Shown piece by piece: positions 34,840 to 48,026 of a stretch of 64,000 nucleotides of DNA. Source of the stretch: Macrostomum lignano (Eukaryota). The notes beneath the pieces are model-generated. The model was not told the origin of the DNA, made no database searches, and saw nothing but the letters and a program-made list of their open reading frames with translations. Position 1 is the first letter of the stretch. Every line of letters starts with the position of its first letter. The position numbers were made by a program, and so were the translations under genes. Location: assembly GCA_002269645.1 (NCBI GenBank), contig NIVC01000247.1:62001-126000 (forward strand), given 5' to 3'.

Positions 34840-37755
34840 TCAGTAAGATTTTGCGTCCGCCATCAGCCGCACGAACTTCTCCTTGACTTCGGCAATCACG
34901 TCGTCATAGCCGCTGCTCAAAGCCACCAGCTGCTTGTGGACGAACTCCAAATGGCGAGGATCGCTGCTGAATTCAGCCAGAGCCTTCAGCTCCACCAAGT
35001 CTGCGCCCTGTTGCAGTTCCAGGAACCAGTCCTCGGCGCTGACCTCGTCGCTGGGGAGCAGCTCAAAGCAGAGACTCTTGAAGGCTGCATCAAAGTTAAT
35101 GTAGAAAAACTCAATATGATTTTCTGTTCCGGGAGGAAAAATCTTCTGAGTGAGATTCGGTAGATACGGCAGCTGAAGTCCTTCATCTATGCGGAAAAAG
35201 AATCGCCAAGCTGAGTCGCTGTTCAACAGTTGATGAAGCACCGATGACTTCTCGAACTGAATGCTGCGATTCACTTTTAGCGACTGGGACTTCTGTCTTA
35301 GCAAAGTTGTTCGAGCGGCTTCGAGGTCACCGGCCTTGAGTTGGAGCATGGCTCGGAGGCACTCTCGTGCTGTGCGGGCGCAGTCTGGCAGGCTGTCAAG
35401 AAGCCTCCAGTTGCACTCGTCAGAATCAGCTTCATCGTCAGGCCTCAGCCTGAGTAAAAGCTGAGCAACGCAGTCGTAAAGCTGGTGGTACTCGCCAGCA
35501 AACTGCTCCACAGTGCGCCTGCGTGTCACCCTCTGCAGCGGTATCAGGTTGAACGGATCGAAATTAAAGTCCGCAGTGTCCAGTGTTTTTAATTGGGACT
35601 GAAAGTTGAGCAGATGGTCAGGCAGGCTTTGCGTCACGGTTTTCAGGCAACTTAGCACTTCTTCTTTCGGAGAGGAGTTCTTCTTGAAATACAGCGGAGC
35701 ATCCGGGTAGAAGAAGTGTCTCATGCAGACCCGAGGATCGGATTCCTGGCTGAGGCAGCTTATCAGCAAGTTCAGCGCTTGCTGCACCAGCTCAGTAAAC
35801 TTCTCAGGCTGCCACATGTCGATTGGAGTTCGATGAACCATCAAGAAAATCAGAGTTTTTGCATGGTAAGACTTCAAGCCCTTCACCTGCTTGCTAACGA
35901 CATTCTTTAAAAGATGCTTCACAGTGACGAACAACTGGCCCTCTACTGTGGTGAGACTTCTCATAAACAGGCGCTCGAGGAAAGTCGTGCTGATGCGCAT
36001 CTCGAGCCCGGATTTTCCTGGGCTGGCTGCTCGGATGAGGTGGCACGGATTGCCGGCGCGAAGCTCGTTCAATAAGCTCTCAACCAGGCTCTGCGGCAGG
36101 TGACCTTGACAGCCTGGCTGCAGAACTGGCACATCAGGGTAGCAGCAGCACTGGACCGCAAATACGTAGTCAGTTGCCGGTCTCCGCCGTGACGGCAAGC
36201 AGGTTTCTGCGGTCACAGATGCTGGAATTCGAACAGCAGGAATGATTTGTTGTGGTTCCATGTTACTACTAACTGACTGAGCAACCAAATAGATCCAAGA
36301 ACTTACACGATACGCTGCAAGTCACGTGACCATTGACGAATTCTCCCACCATTTTGTCCGCGACTGACTCCGGAGGGCACTGGCAGAAGCCAGCGATGTG
36401 GCAGCAGTCGGGAGTGATGCGGGTAAAGTCTAAGTCAGAGTCGAAGCCTGTTCGCCCGTTCAAAACTGCGAGATTGTTTCCCCAGCCGTCGCCATAGCTA
36501 CCGGTGAGATGGTGGGGAAGACCGAGGCATTTGGTGCAGATGTCCTCCAATGCGCAAGCGATCTCAGCTTGAAACCGCGCTCTCGGGGCTGTGAACCCTG
36601 CAGCCGTGAGACGATGGCTGAGCTGGTCGCAGTCTCGGGACTGAAGCTCGACTGTAGATTCTTCCGACTCTCCGCGAAGAAGCGATCGAATTCTGAGCAC
36701 AGTCGGATGGTCTCGATAAGAACTCAGACGCTTTAAGCAGGAAGTCATAATTTCAGATCGCTGTGCAGAGTGGACTGACATAGCGCTGAGCAGCAGCCAG
36801 ACTACCTGCTCATTCAGGTACGAGCAGGCGAGTAGCAGCGCTGTTTCTCGGCTGTCATTCACAGCAAAGAGGTCGGCCTTGGCCTCAATAAGCAGCCGAA
36901 CAACCTGGATGTGGCCGTTCTTGGCAGCTGCGTGCAGCGCTCGAGACCCTGCGGCGCATGCCAGATTGACATCCGCATTGGCGTCAATGAGAGCCGAAGC
37001 AACCCCAGCAAAGCCGCACTTCGAGGCTACGTAGAGCGGCGTCTCCCCGGCAGTGTTCGGGACGTTTGGATCGGCGTTGGCGCGAAGCAGGCGCTTCAGA
37101 ACCTCGACGTGATTCTTCAAGGCGGCGTGGCACAGCGGCGTAAAGCCCCTTTTGTTTGGGATGGCCAGGTCAGCGCTGGCACCAATCAGCAGCTCGATGG
37201 AGCCAATCTGGCCCGTATAGGTGGCCGTATTGAGTGGCGTGAGCCCGCTGAACCACATCACGTGATCAACATTGCCGCCGGCCCGCATCAGCGTCTTGAC
37301 AACGTCGGTGAAGCCGGTCTCGGCAGCGATGAACAGCGGAACCGCTCCTAGCGCGTCTTCCGCATCGACTTCGGCACCTGCCCGAAGCAGCCGCTGGACT
37401 ATCGGCAGGTGTCCGTACTCCGATGCCATGTACAGAGCGGTGGCTCCTGTGCTGTCTCTGAGCTCCACAGCGGCTTGAAATTCAAGCAGGAGTTCAACAG
37501 CCTCCACGTGACCGTTCCAGCTGGCTTTCATCAGCGGAGTGACTCCCGCAGAGTTGCCGAGGTCCAGACTGGCTCCAGCTCCGGCTAGCAGCCTCACGAT
37601 GGAGCTAAGACCGCGCTCGGCAGCTAGGTAGAGCGGCGAGCTGCCATCGCCTGTGCGAGAGTCCAGTGGGACGAGGGAGGCCACGAGAGAGCGGACAGCA
37701 GCTCGTTGCCTTCGCAAACTGCTGAGTGCAGCTGCGAGCCTTCTGATGCTTCCAT
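34840..37755 (-). CDS. Ankyrin-repeat (x10) cGAS/Mab-21-like nucleotidyltransferase (cGLR) with a long helical C-terminal extension, ~960 aa; 1-nt frameshift at ~37702
   Basis: ATG at 37755 (MEASEGSQLHSAVCEGN) followed by ten ankyrin repeats. NTase core GSYGDGW...DSDLDF with a third acidic residue in TDYVFAV; Mab-21 C-lobe MRISTTFLERLF, LKSYHAKT, MRHFF. A 34-nt GT-AG intron (36273-36306) joins the two ORFs in frame. Confidence 0.87.
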
Positions 37756-38137
37756 GATGATGGCTTGCTAAGATTCCAGCCACTCTGAGTGAGCCCAATA
37801 GAATTCAGAGTGGTACCGCATTATTGTACTCAGTTCCATCCAAGTAGTGTACTCCATTGGACAGTACAGTCTTGTACGGCAGCACTGCACCCGTACAGTG
37901 GATGCTATTAATAGAAAAAAGAAATGGCTGTCTATTCAGTAGCAATGGCGAGGATAATTCCAGTCGATTTTTAGTTTATAGCTGACATCCGCATGGTTTA
38001 GCTTTATATACGCTAGTATTTTTTTCTAAATTGTGTCAATCCCGACCTATTCCCCAGTTGGTATTTTTGGCCTTTCAGGCAGAGCTGAAGTGTAAATTTT
38101 TTATATAAAAGCTGTGCGCTAAAAATTGAAAATTAAA

Positions 38138-38675
<538 letters not shown>

Positions 38676-39187
38676 AGAATCTCTCAATAAGCAATACTTT
38701 TTACTACGTTGCATGATAATAATTATAATAATAATAATAGATTACACCTGAACTAATCGGCAAATGTGCAACCGACAGCTCAGCCGCAGCTATTACGGTC
38801 TATAAAACCCTAAAATAAACTAGATCCCGATAAAGTATTAGTATATGGATTTGAGAATACGTCTTACTTGCCTCTTTCTTCTATTTTCTTTATTGTTGTA
38901 CGCACAGCGAGTACACGCTTTCCAGCTTCTTTTCCCTGCCTTACTCTAAAATACTCCAAATGGCCCAACTCCTCTTTCTCACTCTCTCACTCCGCCTCTC
39001 TGGCACCGTTCTCTCTGCTATTTTTTTTACTGTTCAATAGTGTGCAGACACTCACTCCCTTTTCCGCTGTGCATCCCCCACTGCTCACGCAACTCTCCTG
39101 TATTGTTTGTTCTCTCTTCTCTGTACACGTATTTGCAATATGACACATTAACAACGACGGTTGATATTAATTATTTACTATATTAAT

Positions 39188-39836
39188 ATTAGGTAGCTAC
39201 TCTCATCAGCCTTCAAACTTCTGAGCTCCTGACAGGTAGCTACTCTCATCAGCCTTCAAACTTCTGAGCTCCTGACAGGTAGCTACTCTCATCAGCCTTC
39301 AAACTTCTGAGCTCCTGACAGGTAGCTACTCTCATCAGCCTTCAAACTTCTCAGCTCCTGACAGGTAGCTATTCTCATCAACCTTCAAACTTCTCAGCTC
39401 CTGACAGGTAGCTACTCTCATCAGCCTTCAAACTTCTCAACTCCTGACAGGTAGCTACTCTCATCAGCCTTCAAACTTCTGAGCTCCTGACAGGTAGCTA
39501 CTCTCATCAGCCTTCAAACTTCTGAGCTCCTGACAGGTAGCTACTCTCATCAGCCTTCAAACTTCTGAGCTCCTGACAGGTAGCTACTCTCATCAGCCTT
39601 CAAACTTCTCAACTCCTGACAGGTAGCTACTCTCATCAGCCTTCAAACTTCTGAGCTCCTGACAGGTAGCTACTCTCATCAGCCTTCAAACTTCTGAGCT
39701 CCTGACAGGTAGCTACTCTCATCAGCCTTCAAACTTCTCAACTCCTGACAGGTAGCTACTCTCATCAGCCTTCAAACTTCTCAACTCCTGACAGGTAGCT
39801 ACTCTCATCAGCCTTCAAACTTCTGAGCTCCTGACA
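39188..39836. repeat. 43-bp minisatellite, ~15 units
   Basis: Unit CAGGTAGCTACTCTCATCAGCCTTCAAACTTCTGAGCTCCTGA, period 43. Confidence 0.97.
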
Positions 39837-40534
39837 GAAAGCAGAGAAATTCAGCGATTCCCCAAGATCGGTAAAACCCTCAGAGACTGTAGAAATCCAG
39901 ACAAGTTATTATGAAGAGTCAAGCACAGACACTGCAGTAAAACACAGAGCATTATATTGCTTTTTAGAACCAACTGAATAGTTGACAAACCATTATGAAA
40001 ACAAATGGAGGCAAAGTTTGTCTAAAGGTACGACTATTGAAAGTCAGTCTAAGAAGACCTTGTCGACTTTTTTTAAAATCTACAGCTGTCGCCGAGTTCG
40101 TAGCTGCTTCTGGCATAACAGACGGTCGATCCTATAGTTCAAGAAAAATGAGTATTTACTATGGTAGAATCTTTTGAATGAGTGCTCCATCTATTCTGAA
40201 GGAGCAGAGAGATTTTAGAAAGTTGTGTGAAGCTCGCAATAAGAAAACAAAAAAATGCAAACGCGAGAGAAGAGTTTCCTACTTTTTTATTGTACGTAGC
40301 AAATGGTCTATTCTTGGCATGCGCTGCTTCGTTTTAATGCTCTCTAACTAGGTTGACACAAAGCTATAATTTAACTCGATGAGCATGAAAACAGTAAGTT
40401 CAATTTTTCGGGCCATCCTGCAAGTTTTCACGGATGTAAGATGCGGATTTCACAAGCTTATAAAGTCTGCTTTGTTTGTCATGAGAGCAGACTAGAAACA
40501 CGTCTCATTCGAGTCTCACTGCTAAAGCTAGACG

Positions 40535-41848
40535 ATGCAAACCTTTACGCTACTCTTCAGCATCAGCGCTCTGCTTCTAGCCACCTCACAGCAGGTGGAC
40601 TGCGTGTTCTGTCCGCCAGGATGGCTGTTGACAGCCTCGCGCGGACTGTGCATCGGGACTCCGTCGTTCCAAGCCACTGAAGGCATTCCGGCAGCTGCGG
40701 CCGCTGATTTCTGCGGCAGAGCCGTCAGGCAGGCTGGTCTGGCGAGCACAGCAGCCGACCCGGATGTGCTTCGGTTGGGGCAGAAGCTGGCGAAGGGACG
40801 GCGACTGTGGGTTTCCGGCTGTTCGAAGGCTTCAATCAAACGGAATGTGTAAGTCTGCTGTCTGTCTGGTGGTGTTGTAGATAATAGTCTCGAGCTGCCC
40901 GGGCTCGATTCCAAGTGCAGTCATTAATTTGGGGCTAAATTGGAATCTCGACTTGAGTCTGCTCGTGCATGAAATTAATGGCCTTTCTTTAGCGCCAACC
41001 ATCAAGGCACAGTGAAGTATATACATGTCTAACGATAATATATTCAGGGTCCCTGTACACCTCTGTGAAAGTGTGCCTGTTCTTATGACTGCTAGCTTTG
41101 TGTGCTTGCTCAGGGGAGTCGTTGGAATGAGCAGTAATGAATCTCGCCAGTTGTGTGACAATGTCTCTTAATTAAAGGGTGCACACAGTCCCTGTCTCTA
41201 GCTGAAAGGCTGCTGCCTATTGCTGGGTTTCCCAGTTGAGGCTCATTAGCTTAGGTCTCCACGTGCACGAAAATGGGCCGGGAGCAAATGGGCCGACCCA
41301 CAAGGGTTAATTTCTGCCTAATTTTGCCTGAGTGTAGTGCCTGCATGTAATTTTGACGAACCTTAATTGCCTTTTGGCAGTGCCGAAAGGAGTCAGAGAC
41401 TCGATTAAAAATAACACTGTACAACAGACGAATATATAAACCGTATAACTTTTCTGAATGTTGCAGCGAAAGTCGCCAGTGCTGCGCAGTCAATTTTGAT
41501 GATGGAAGCATCATGCGGACAGCTTGTTCAGAGCTGCTCCTTCCTTTGTGCTCGGCGTCACCCTTGCTGGGTCGGCAGAAGCGCTTCTACTACGATTTCA
41601 GCTACACCAACGACTACTCAATATACTCTACAACAGTGCTTCCATTGACAAGCAGTCCTGATGCAGCAACGATTGTCATTGTGATTTTTGTCACTATATT
41701 ACCGATAGTCCTTTTTGCGCTGCTTGTCTGGTGCTGCATGCGCTGCTGCTGCAAGAGTAAGACGGTTGTAAAGCCAGCGCCACCGCCAGAGCCTGAACCT
41801 GAAGTTGAGGTGATCGGCATTGTGACTGTTCACACTGTGCGATATTAA
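40535..41848 (+). CDS. C-type-lectin-like type-I membrane protein, copy A
   Basis: Exon 1 40535-40848 (signal peptide, CPPGW, LC, AADFC, LAS, LWVSGC). Phase-2 intron. Exon 2 41467-41848 (QCCAVNFDDGSIMRTACSELLLPLC, RQKR, Y/S/T stub, TM helix, WCCMRCCCK, Pro-rich tail). Confidence 0.82.
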
Positions 41849-42748
41849 CGACTGCTGGCTGCTGTACATGTACGAGTCGTACGTACTTCTATTTTTCGGT
41901 ATACACTAGTATTCAGTGGATGTCTTTGCAACAAATAATCTTTAGCGACACTGCAATTGCGAGCTTAAAGGACTTAATTAATCACATTGCGCGTTTTTTT
42001 CTATGTAAGATACGTTCAAGAATATTAGATTTATGTAAATATCTTTAATCAGCGTTACTTTCATACTCTAACAAGTTTTATTCAAATTTACTTTGTTACA
42101 GCTTTTTGAAGGAACAAATGCTTTTTTAACAAAAATTCCAACAATATACAGCTCGTACAAGGTAAACGTGTTGTTTAGTATTTTAGTTCGATATTATTTA
42201 CTCATGTTCACGAGTAGAGCAACAGACATGCATTTTGCAAGCATGCAGGCGATTAAATTTAAAATATACTCGTAATATTATTATTTTAACGAATGCACCT
42301 CTATTCTGTTTTCCAAAGAAATATTTGTAAGCATGCACATTATAGCTCGCACTAAAAAGACATAAAAGTTGCAAATGCGGGAGAAAAGTGTTTTAATTTT
42401 TTAGCTCGTATTGTACGTAGCAAGTGGTCTATTCATGGCATGCGCTGCTTCATTTGAATGCTCTCTAAGCTGACTCAAAGCTCCCATTTCATTCAATGAG
42501 CACGAAAACCGTCGATTCAATTTTTGGCCATCCTGCAAGTATCACGGATATATGATGCGGATTTCAGTCGCTTATAAAGTTTGCTTTGTCTGTGAGCACG
42601 AAGAAAATCAATTCAATTTTCGGGGGATCCTGCAAGTTTTCACGGATTTAAGATGCGGATTTCACAAGCTTATAAAGTCTACTTTGTTTTCATGAAAGCC
42701 AACAAAAAACACGTCTCGCTCGAGTCTCACTGCTAAAGCTAGTAGACG

Positions 42749-43661
42749 ATGCAAACCTTTACGCTACTCTTCAGCATCAGCGTTTTGCTTCTAGCCACCT
42801 CACAGCAGGTGGACTGCGTGTTCTGTCCGCCAGGATGGCTGTTGACAGCCTCGCGCGGACTGTGCATCGGGACTCCGTCGTTCCAAGCCACTGAAGGCAT
42901 TCCGGCAGCTGCGGCCGCTGATTCCTGAGGCAGAGCCGTCAGGCAGGCTGGTCTGGCGAGCTCAGCAGCCGACCCGGATGTGCTTCAGTTGGGGCAGAAG
43001 CTGGCGAAGGGACGGCGACTGGGGGTTTCCGGCTGTTCGAATGCTTTGATCGAATGGAATGAGTAAGGCTGCTCTGTATAATGCTGTTATTGAGAGTTCA
43101 GCATTTAGCATGACTGCAGACTCTCACGACTATCAGGGGTTTGATTCCCGTGTGAGCGCTAGCTGGCTCATAGGTTTAAGTCTCGTTGCACGAAAATGGG
43201 ACCCCCGGGGCTTGTCATACTATCAATGGCCATGAGGGCCAACCAACCCAGGCACAGAGCGGGTCAGGGTTTCTGTGGAACGCTTCTGAGGGTCACAAGA
43301 GTGAACCTTATGCGTACCTTTATTGATTAAGTAAACGAGTTTAAGCCGTATAACTTCTGTGAAATGTTGAATTGTTGCATGCAGAGAAAGTCGTCAGTGC
43401 TGTGCAGTCAATCCCGCTGATGGAAACATCGTGCCAACAGCTTGTTCAGAGATGCTTCTTCCTTTGTGCTTCGCCCCTCCCTTGCTAAGTCGGCAGAAGC
43501 GCCAACAGTCAGGCAGTTCTTTTGTAGGAACGGTTATGGGTGGGATTTTCGGAGTTATTGCAACGATAATTGTTTTTGCACTTCTGATCTGGTGCTGCTG
43601 CAAAGTCTGCACAAGTAATATCGTTATTCCAGAGCCTCAGTCTGACATTGAGGACTTCTAG
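42749..43661 (+). pseudogene. C-type-lectin-like membrane protein, copy B (nonsense in exon 1)
   Basis: TGC>TGA at 42926-42928 destroys the conserved AADFC cysteine. Exon 2 (~43385-43661) keeps RQKR, the TM helix and WCCC, but the Tyr stub is deleted. Confidence 0.85.
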
Positions 43662-46341
43662 CTAGACTGTACATGTATACGTGTATTGATGCACTCAAAC
43701 TTTATAGATATCCGTAAAACAAAACCCTTTGGCGCCACTACAAAGTGATAGGACGCGCACTGTGTGCACATACTAGTAATTACCTTTTTTTGCATATACG
43801 TGTAAATTAGATTTTGTAAATCTATCAACTATTATAATAGTGAATTTTGAACTCTGTACAAGGACAACTAAAGCAGCCTATATTATACAGGAAGCGACAC
43901 TCGCGTTTCATGGGGAGAAAGTTTTGAAGGCCACTTTAGATAAATATTTAGCTGGATACTACAGCTTTGCAATTAACATTTATTTATACTGTTTACAGAT
44001 TCTACACGGCTAATCGAACCCTTAAAAGAGCTAGAAATGGAGTTGGCACGTAATTAATTTTAGATAGTAAGGCTTACCTTGTTGAAAAAATGGGTGGCGT
44101 TAAGAAAAGTGAAATAAAAAAAATAAGTTAAGCCAGAGCCGCGAATGCTTTTTTCTTAAATGAGAATAAGTTTCGACGTTCTCTGCGAATAAAAGATATT
44201 TCCACGTGCATCCTGTAATTGCCTCGCAATATTATTATCAAATCGGTTCTAAAATAAGCGAGTGAGTTATATTATAAATAAACATCTTGTTTCGCATGAG
44301 TCAAATGCGTCGTATTATTCACTTGTACGCGTTAAACCTCAAATATATCGCTAACCTGGCCAGTTTGGGCCCCGCGATTTGATTTTCTCGGCTTCTCGCT
44401 CAGCTTAACCCGCGGCCTTCAGACTTTACACATCCATTCAAAAGTGACATTGTTTGGAAAAGTGCATGGCCTTCAAAGCATTTTCCATAGATTTCAAGTT
44501 TTGCGTCCTTCTATTTTAGTAGTCCTTGAATCTGTAACGAATTTAATTCAAATTTCTCCTATTACTCGTACAGTTTTTGAAAGTTCCGATTAGTAAACTT
44601 CAACGCGTCTGCTTTTGAACAAACTGTATCTTAGTGCTTAAACAACTTTATTGTGCGTTGGTTTGCCCTTTTTATTCATTTTTCAGAGCAAAAAGTATAT
44701 TATTTTTGAAATACTGCAAATTACTAGCCTCGTATCATGAAACAAAAGTATAAACGCTTCTACATATGTATTTTGTCACCAAGGAAAATTGATGAAAATT
44801 CACACTCGATGCAGTGTAAATGTTTTGAAACTGCACCTCGAGCCGGTTTCGGATTTTGTAAATGAATGGAGAGCGGCTGATGAGAGAGGAAGTATGAAGC
44901 GAGCAATTTTGGCGTTTACGAAACAATTAGTTCTGTGCTCTGTAGAGGTTTTAAAATTTACGGCTATTAATGTGAAAATAATGAACGTACACTGTACATA
45001 TTACTTACTAATGACTGTAGCGCAAGCGCGCCGATTAGGCCGCGACGCCCAAGGTAATGAGGAAGCCACGCAAGTATTCATGCAAATACTTAGCCCCCGA
45101 GAAGGTGTTTTTAGTCGTGCCTTTTTAAATCAAGGCCAGAATTAGGTGACGTGATCCTCCGCGGTCTGATCCTCTCCTACATACATGTACATGTATGCCG
45201 CAGGGAAAGACAGATGGGAGGGATCAAACCACTGCACTTTGCGACAAGAAGATGTCTCTGGAAGAATCTAATGCCAGTTTAGACCCAACAAGGACTAAAT
45301 ACGAGCGTATATAGTGGCCGGGTCTTTGTTTTGGACCTTTTATATCTCCCTAGCTAAGGTCGCGGTTCTGTTACATGTAAAGTGAGATCAGATACATGTA
45401 TTCGAGACTTTCCTGTTCAGCTAGGTTTGGGCATTGTAGAACGGGTCTGCCTGACCTACATATACATCTACTGCCCAGCGATACTTGGCGAGAGAGTCCG
45501 CGAGATCATTGCCAACTAAGCTAGGATAATACATGACAGGTACATGTACATGTAGATATCATACATGTATACTGTACAGACCGTGTCCAGACGATTCTAA
45601 TTGTGTTAAGGACTGAAATACACTCAACTCAATACATTGATATTAGTAGGCGCTGTGATACAGTTGCAGCGGGATTTTTTCATTGGTTAAGGCCAATAGA
45701 TAAGTGACTCGGCTATATATCAGAGTAATTAAATTCCTGATTTTCGCTTGGGGCAGCTGGCCGAATACGTGTACTATAATACTGTACTAAGAGCACGCTA
45801 CTGCACAATTTCGCAAACTTCGCGGTTTGGAAAACCGAGATGTTCTCGACGAGTTGCACAAATTCTTGAAAGAGCATTATACCCTTCACAGTGACAGTTC
45901 TTGACAGTGACAGTGACAGTGAAGTGACAGTGACAGCCGTCACAGCGAAGCAGCTACAGTGTATGGATGCCTTATTGCTAGCTGCACCGGACGAAAGAAG
46001 GAAATTGAAAGGAAGAAAGAAAATAAATGGAACGAAGGAATTAGAACGAAAGGAAAGAAATGAATTTGAAAGGGACAATGTTTTGTTATTATAGTCAATC
46101 AACACACCAGCTTCTTATATATATTGTACTTGAACACAAACGATAAAAATTATCGTAAAGTAAAATCACATTAGATACTCGTAAAAAATGTTAATTAATC
46201 AGCCTGGCACTCGAAAAGAGGATTGTCTTCTTATCATCTGCAAGAATATATCACAAGATTAAAACCACACTTAAAATTCGACAGAAGTCTCGAATTTGGA
46301 TTTAAGGATTTAAATTTTTTCGGTTTTAGCTAAAGGGCTAA

Positions 46342-46460
46342 TTCCGCCCCCGGAATCCGCCCCTAGAATCCACCCTCAGAATCCGCCCCGGAATCCGCCT
46401 CCGGAATCCGCCCCCGGAATCGGCTCCCCGGAATCCGCCCCCAAAATCTGCTCCCAAACC
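46342..46460. repeat. Degenerate ~13-bp GC-rich repeat (CCGGAATCCGCCC)
   Basis: About 8 imperfect units. Confidence 0.75.
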
Positions 46461-47081
46461 GTAAGTTTACAAAATAATATCGTCTGTTAATGAAAAATTT
46501 TTATCCGTGATTCAGAGTGATAAAAATATTATTTTAAACTTCATTCACTTACACGAGAATTCAAGAGATTCTTTTTCTTGACGCTTGGCGAAAGCTTCCA
46601 GTCCAGAGCAGTGAAGGGGTTGCAGGTTTTGTCAGACGAACGAACTGTGAGCTATGGGTTTAATAACTCATGGGTGGCTTTGCAGTGTCTGCGAGCCTTG
46701 TCTAATATTCCTTCGGTGTATCCTAACCCTTGCAATCTAATGGCGGAATCTTTTGAATGCGTGCTCCATCTATTCGTGGAAATAAATGAAGCTTGCACTA
46801 AAGTCATAAAATTTGCATATTCGTTGCGATGTGGTTCTATCGTAAGCAAACGAGCAGGCGCTGCTTCGGTTGAATGCTCACTGGACTATTCAAAGCTCTC
46901 ATTTAATTCAATGCGCACAAAAACAGTCAATTCAATTCTCCTGCCAGCCAAGTTTTCGCGGATATAGAGTATATAATAAGATGCGAAAATCTCACAAACT
47001 CATAAGGTTTGCTTTGTGAGTCATAAAAAACAGACAAATTTCCACGTCTCATTCGAGTCTCACTGCTAAAGCTAGTAGACG

Positions 47082-48026
47082 ATGCAAACTTTTACGCTGG
47101 TCTTCGGCATCAGCGCTTTGCTTCTAGCCGCCTCACAGCAGGTGGACTGCGTATTCTGTCCGCCAGGATGGCTGTTAACAACCTCACGCGGACTGTGCAT
47201 CGGGACTCCGTCATTTCAAGCCGCTGCAGGCATCCGGGCAGCTGCGGCCGCTGATTCCTGCGGCAGAGCCGTCAGGCAGGCTGGTCTGGCGAGCACAGCA
47301 GCCGACCCGGATGTGCTTCGGTTGGGGCAGAAACTGGCGAAGGGACGGCGGCTGTGGGTTTCCGGCTGTGCGAAGGCTTCGATCGAACGGAATGAGTAAG
47401 GCTGCTGTCTAGTTCTGTTTTCGGGGATTCAGCATTTAGCACGGGCCAACCACCCCAGGCACAGCGGGTCAGGGTCCCGCTGACGAAAGCTCCCTAGAAA
47501 CTGGATTAAGATTGCTATATAGTTTATCCATCGGTTTCTACAGGAAGCTTCGACAATAAACTCTCAAGAGAGTGAACCTTATTTACATGTAACTTTATTG
47601 ATCGAATATACGAATCTAAACCGTACAACTTCTCCACAATGTCGCAATTGTTGCAGTGAAAGTCGTCAGTGCTGTGCAGTCAATCCCGTTGATGGAAAAA
47701 TCACGCCAACAGCTTGTTCAAAGCTGCTCCCTCCTCTGTGCTCCGCGCCTCCCTTGCTGAGTCGGCAGAAGCGCCAATACTCTTACTACTACTACTACTT
47801 ATACTCCACAACAGTGCCTTCATCATACTACTCAAGCAGTTCTTATGTAGGAACGGTTCTAGGTGTGATTTTTGGAGTTATAGTACCGATAGTGATTGTT
47901 GTGCTTGTGATCTGGTGCTGCTGCAATTGCTGCAAAAGCAAGACGGTTGTCGTAAATCCAGTGCCTCAGCCCCAGCCTATGGGTATGGGGGTGAACATTG
48001 TGAATGTTCAGAATATGCAGCATTGA
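47082..48026 (+). CDS. C-type-lectin-like type-I membrane protein, copy C
   Basis: Exon 1 47082-47395 and exon 2 47657-48026; RQKR-QYSYYYYYLYSTT...-TM-WCCCNCCK. Confidence 0.85.

Noticed and set aside
39188-39836. 43-bp satellite as a tandem hammerhead (minus strand CTGATGA + hairpin; TTGATGA...AGAAA at 10045-10262)
   Set aside because: The hairpin is followed by AGAAG or AGAAA rather than a flush C-GAAA, and no stem I or III complementarity can be formed.
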